From: Spirochaetota bacterium
GTDB taxonomy: Bacteria > Spirochaetota > UBA4802 > UBA5550
Length of the DNA: 64,000 nucleotides
Direction: 5' to 3'
Assembly (NCBI GenBank): GCA_963664815.2
Contig: CAXXHB010000003.1
Span: 1,312,001 to 1,376,000, forward strand
The notes under the pieces were generated by a model, which ran no database searches, had not been told where the DNA came from, and saw nothing but the letters and a program-made list of their open reading frames with translations. This document shows, in pieces, positions 63,359 to 64,000 of this stretch (its first letter is position 1; every line of letters begins with the position of its first letter). The position numbers and the translations under genes were made by a program.

Positions 63359-63382
63359 AAAATAAATTTAAAAAAAACCAGC

Positions 63383-63566
63383 ATTTAACTTATAGAAGTC
63401 TTAACGTAGTTGCCTCAAAAAAACCGCTAATCTTTATTAGCGGTATAAAAACATTAAACAGATAATTTCAATCTTCAGACAGCAGCTATGTTAAGACTCT
63501 GTTGGACGAAACCACTGATATCTCAATCGGAGAAGATTGATTAAGATACTCTTCTTAACGTTATAC
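63383..63566 (+). repeat. Composite: long attC-like copy 4 + GTTGGACGAAACCACTG scar + partial short attC
   Basis: Same architecture as 61989-62172. Confidence 0.8.
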
Positions 63567-63686
63567 AAAACCGCTGGATGGGTGTCCTGCCCGCTTTTTG
63601 AAAAGAAAAAATGTTTGCATTATTATAAATTTTAATACAATTATTTAAAGCCAGCGAGAAGACAAATTATATGTTGAAGGTTTATC

Positions 63687-64000
63687 ATGAAAAAGTGGTA
63701 TGATGAGGAGTATCAATGGGAGATTGAGGTAATAGGGTTTCTACGGGGTGACCACACAGAGCGTTATTGCCGAAATGGCGAAGAAGTTGGAGATAAATAT
63801 ACCTGCACCTATGGCTGTCCTGTAAATACAGAAGGTCAAGGTATTTGTTCCAAAGCAATGATGATTATGTTTCCAGTTATGGAGGCTGTCAGAAGTGGTG
63901 GAGATTTACAGAATATTGGTGGTACCAGCCAATATAGCAAAGATATTGTATGTCCAGATGGTTGCGTTATGTTCAGACTGACAGCAAAGAAGCTTGGGAA
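63687..64000 (+). CDS. TIGR04076-family protein (runs off the window end)
   Basis: MKKWYDEEYQWEIEV...YCRNGEEVGDKY.CTYGCP...ICSK...CPDGCVMFRL; missing from the ORF track because it has no stop in the window. Confidence 0.7.
   Translation, partial: MKKWYDEEYQWEIEVIGFLRGDHTERYCRNGEEVGDKYTCTYGCPVNTEGQGICSKAMMIMFPVMEAVRSGGDLQNIGGTSQYSKDIVCPDGCVMFRLTAKKLG

Larger units (their letters stand above)
52263..64000 (+). mobile_element. Integron-like gene cassette array (continues beyond the window)
   Basis: Co-oriented AT-rich ORFs separated by repeated YAAC...GTT palindromes; cassette ends are mutually complementary. Confidence 0.8.

Noticed and set aside
1-64000. tRNA or rRNA genes
   Set aside because: None recognised by eye; tRNAscan-SE and Rfam were not run

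Overview
Bacterial chromosomal window. Several features point to an anaerobic Spirochaetota-like host (inference). About 1-48 kb is core or metabolic DNA. It holds a DsrE2-TusA-DsrMK-like-FadL-MerR sulfur-relay cluster, two membrane AraC regulators with a shared downstream operator, an acyl-CoA dehydratase activase, acyl-CoA ligases, Fe-ADHs, signalling proteins, and a GNAT-cimA operon under an Ile-rich leader attenuator. Several REP/MITE-like repeat families are interspersed. From about 52 kb the DNA becomes visibly AT-rich and forms an integron-like array. A decayed tyrosine integrase lies co-oriented with the cassettes ('reverse integron' layout), followed by an attI-like region, four copies of a ~125-bp attC-like palindrome and a shorter attC-like type. 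The first cassette is the most striking element: a translationally coupled UG/Abi-like reverse transcriptase plus a stand-alone family A DNA polymerase, bounded by a 19-bp inverted repeat and with no room for an ncRNA. It is a candidate anti-phage DNA-synthesis system. Later cassettes encode two PD-(D/E)XK nucleases, a HEPN-like protein, a catalytically degenerate Xer-like recombinase and a TIGR04076 protein. An IS91-family fragment and two group II intron remnants, inserted 11-12 nt past cassette crossover sites, interrupt the array. All calls come from motif reading by eye; no database searches were run.
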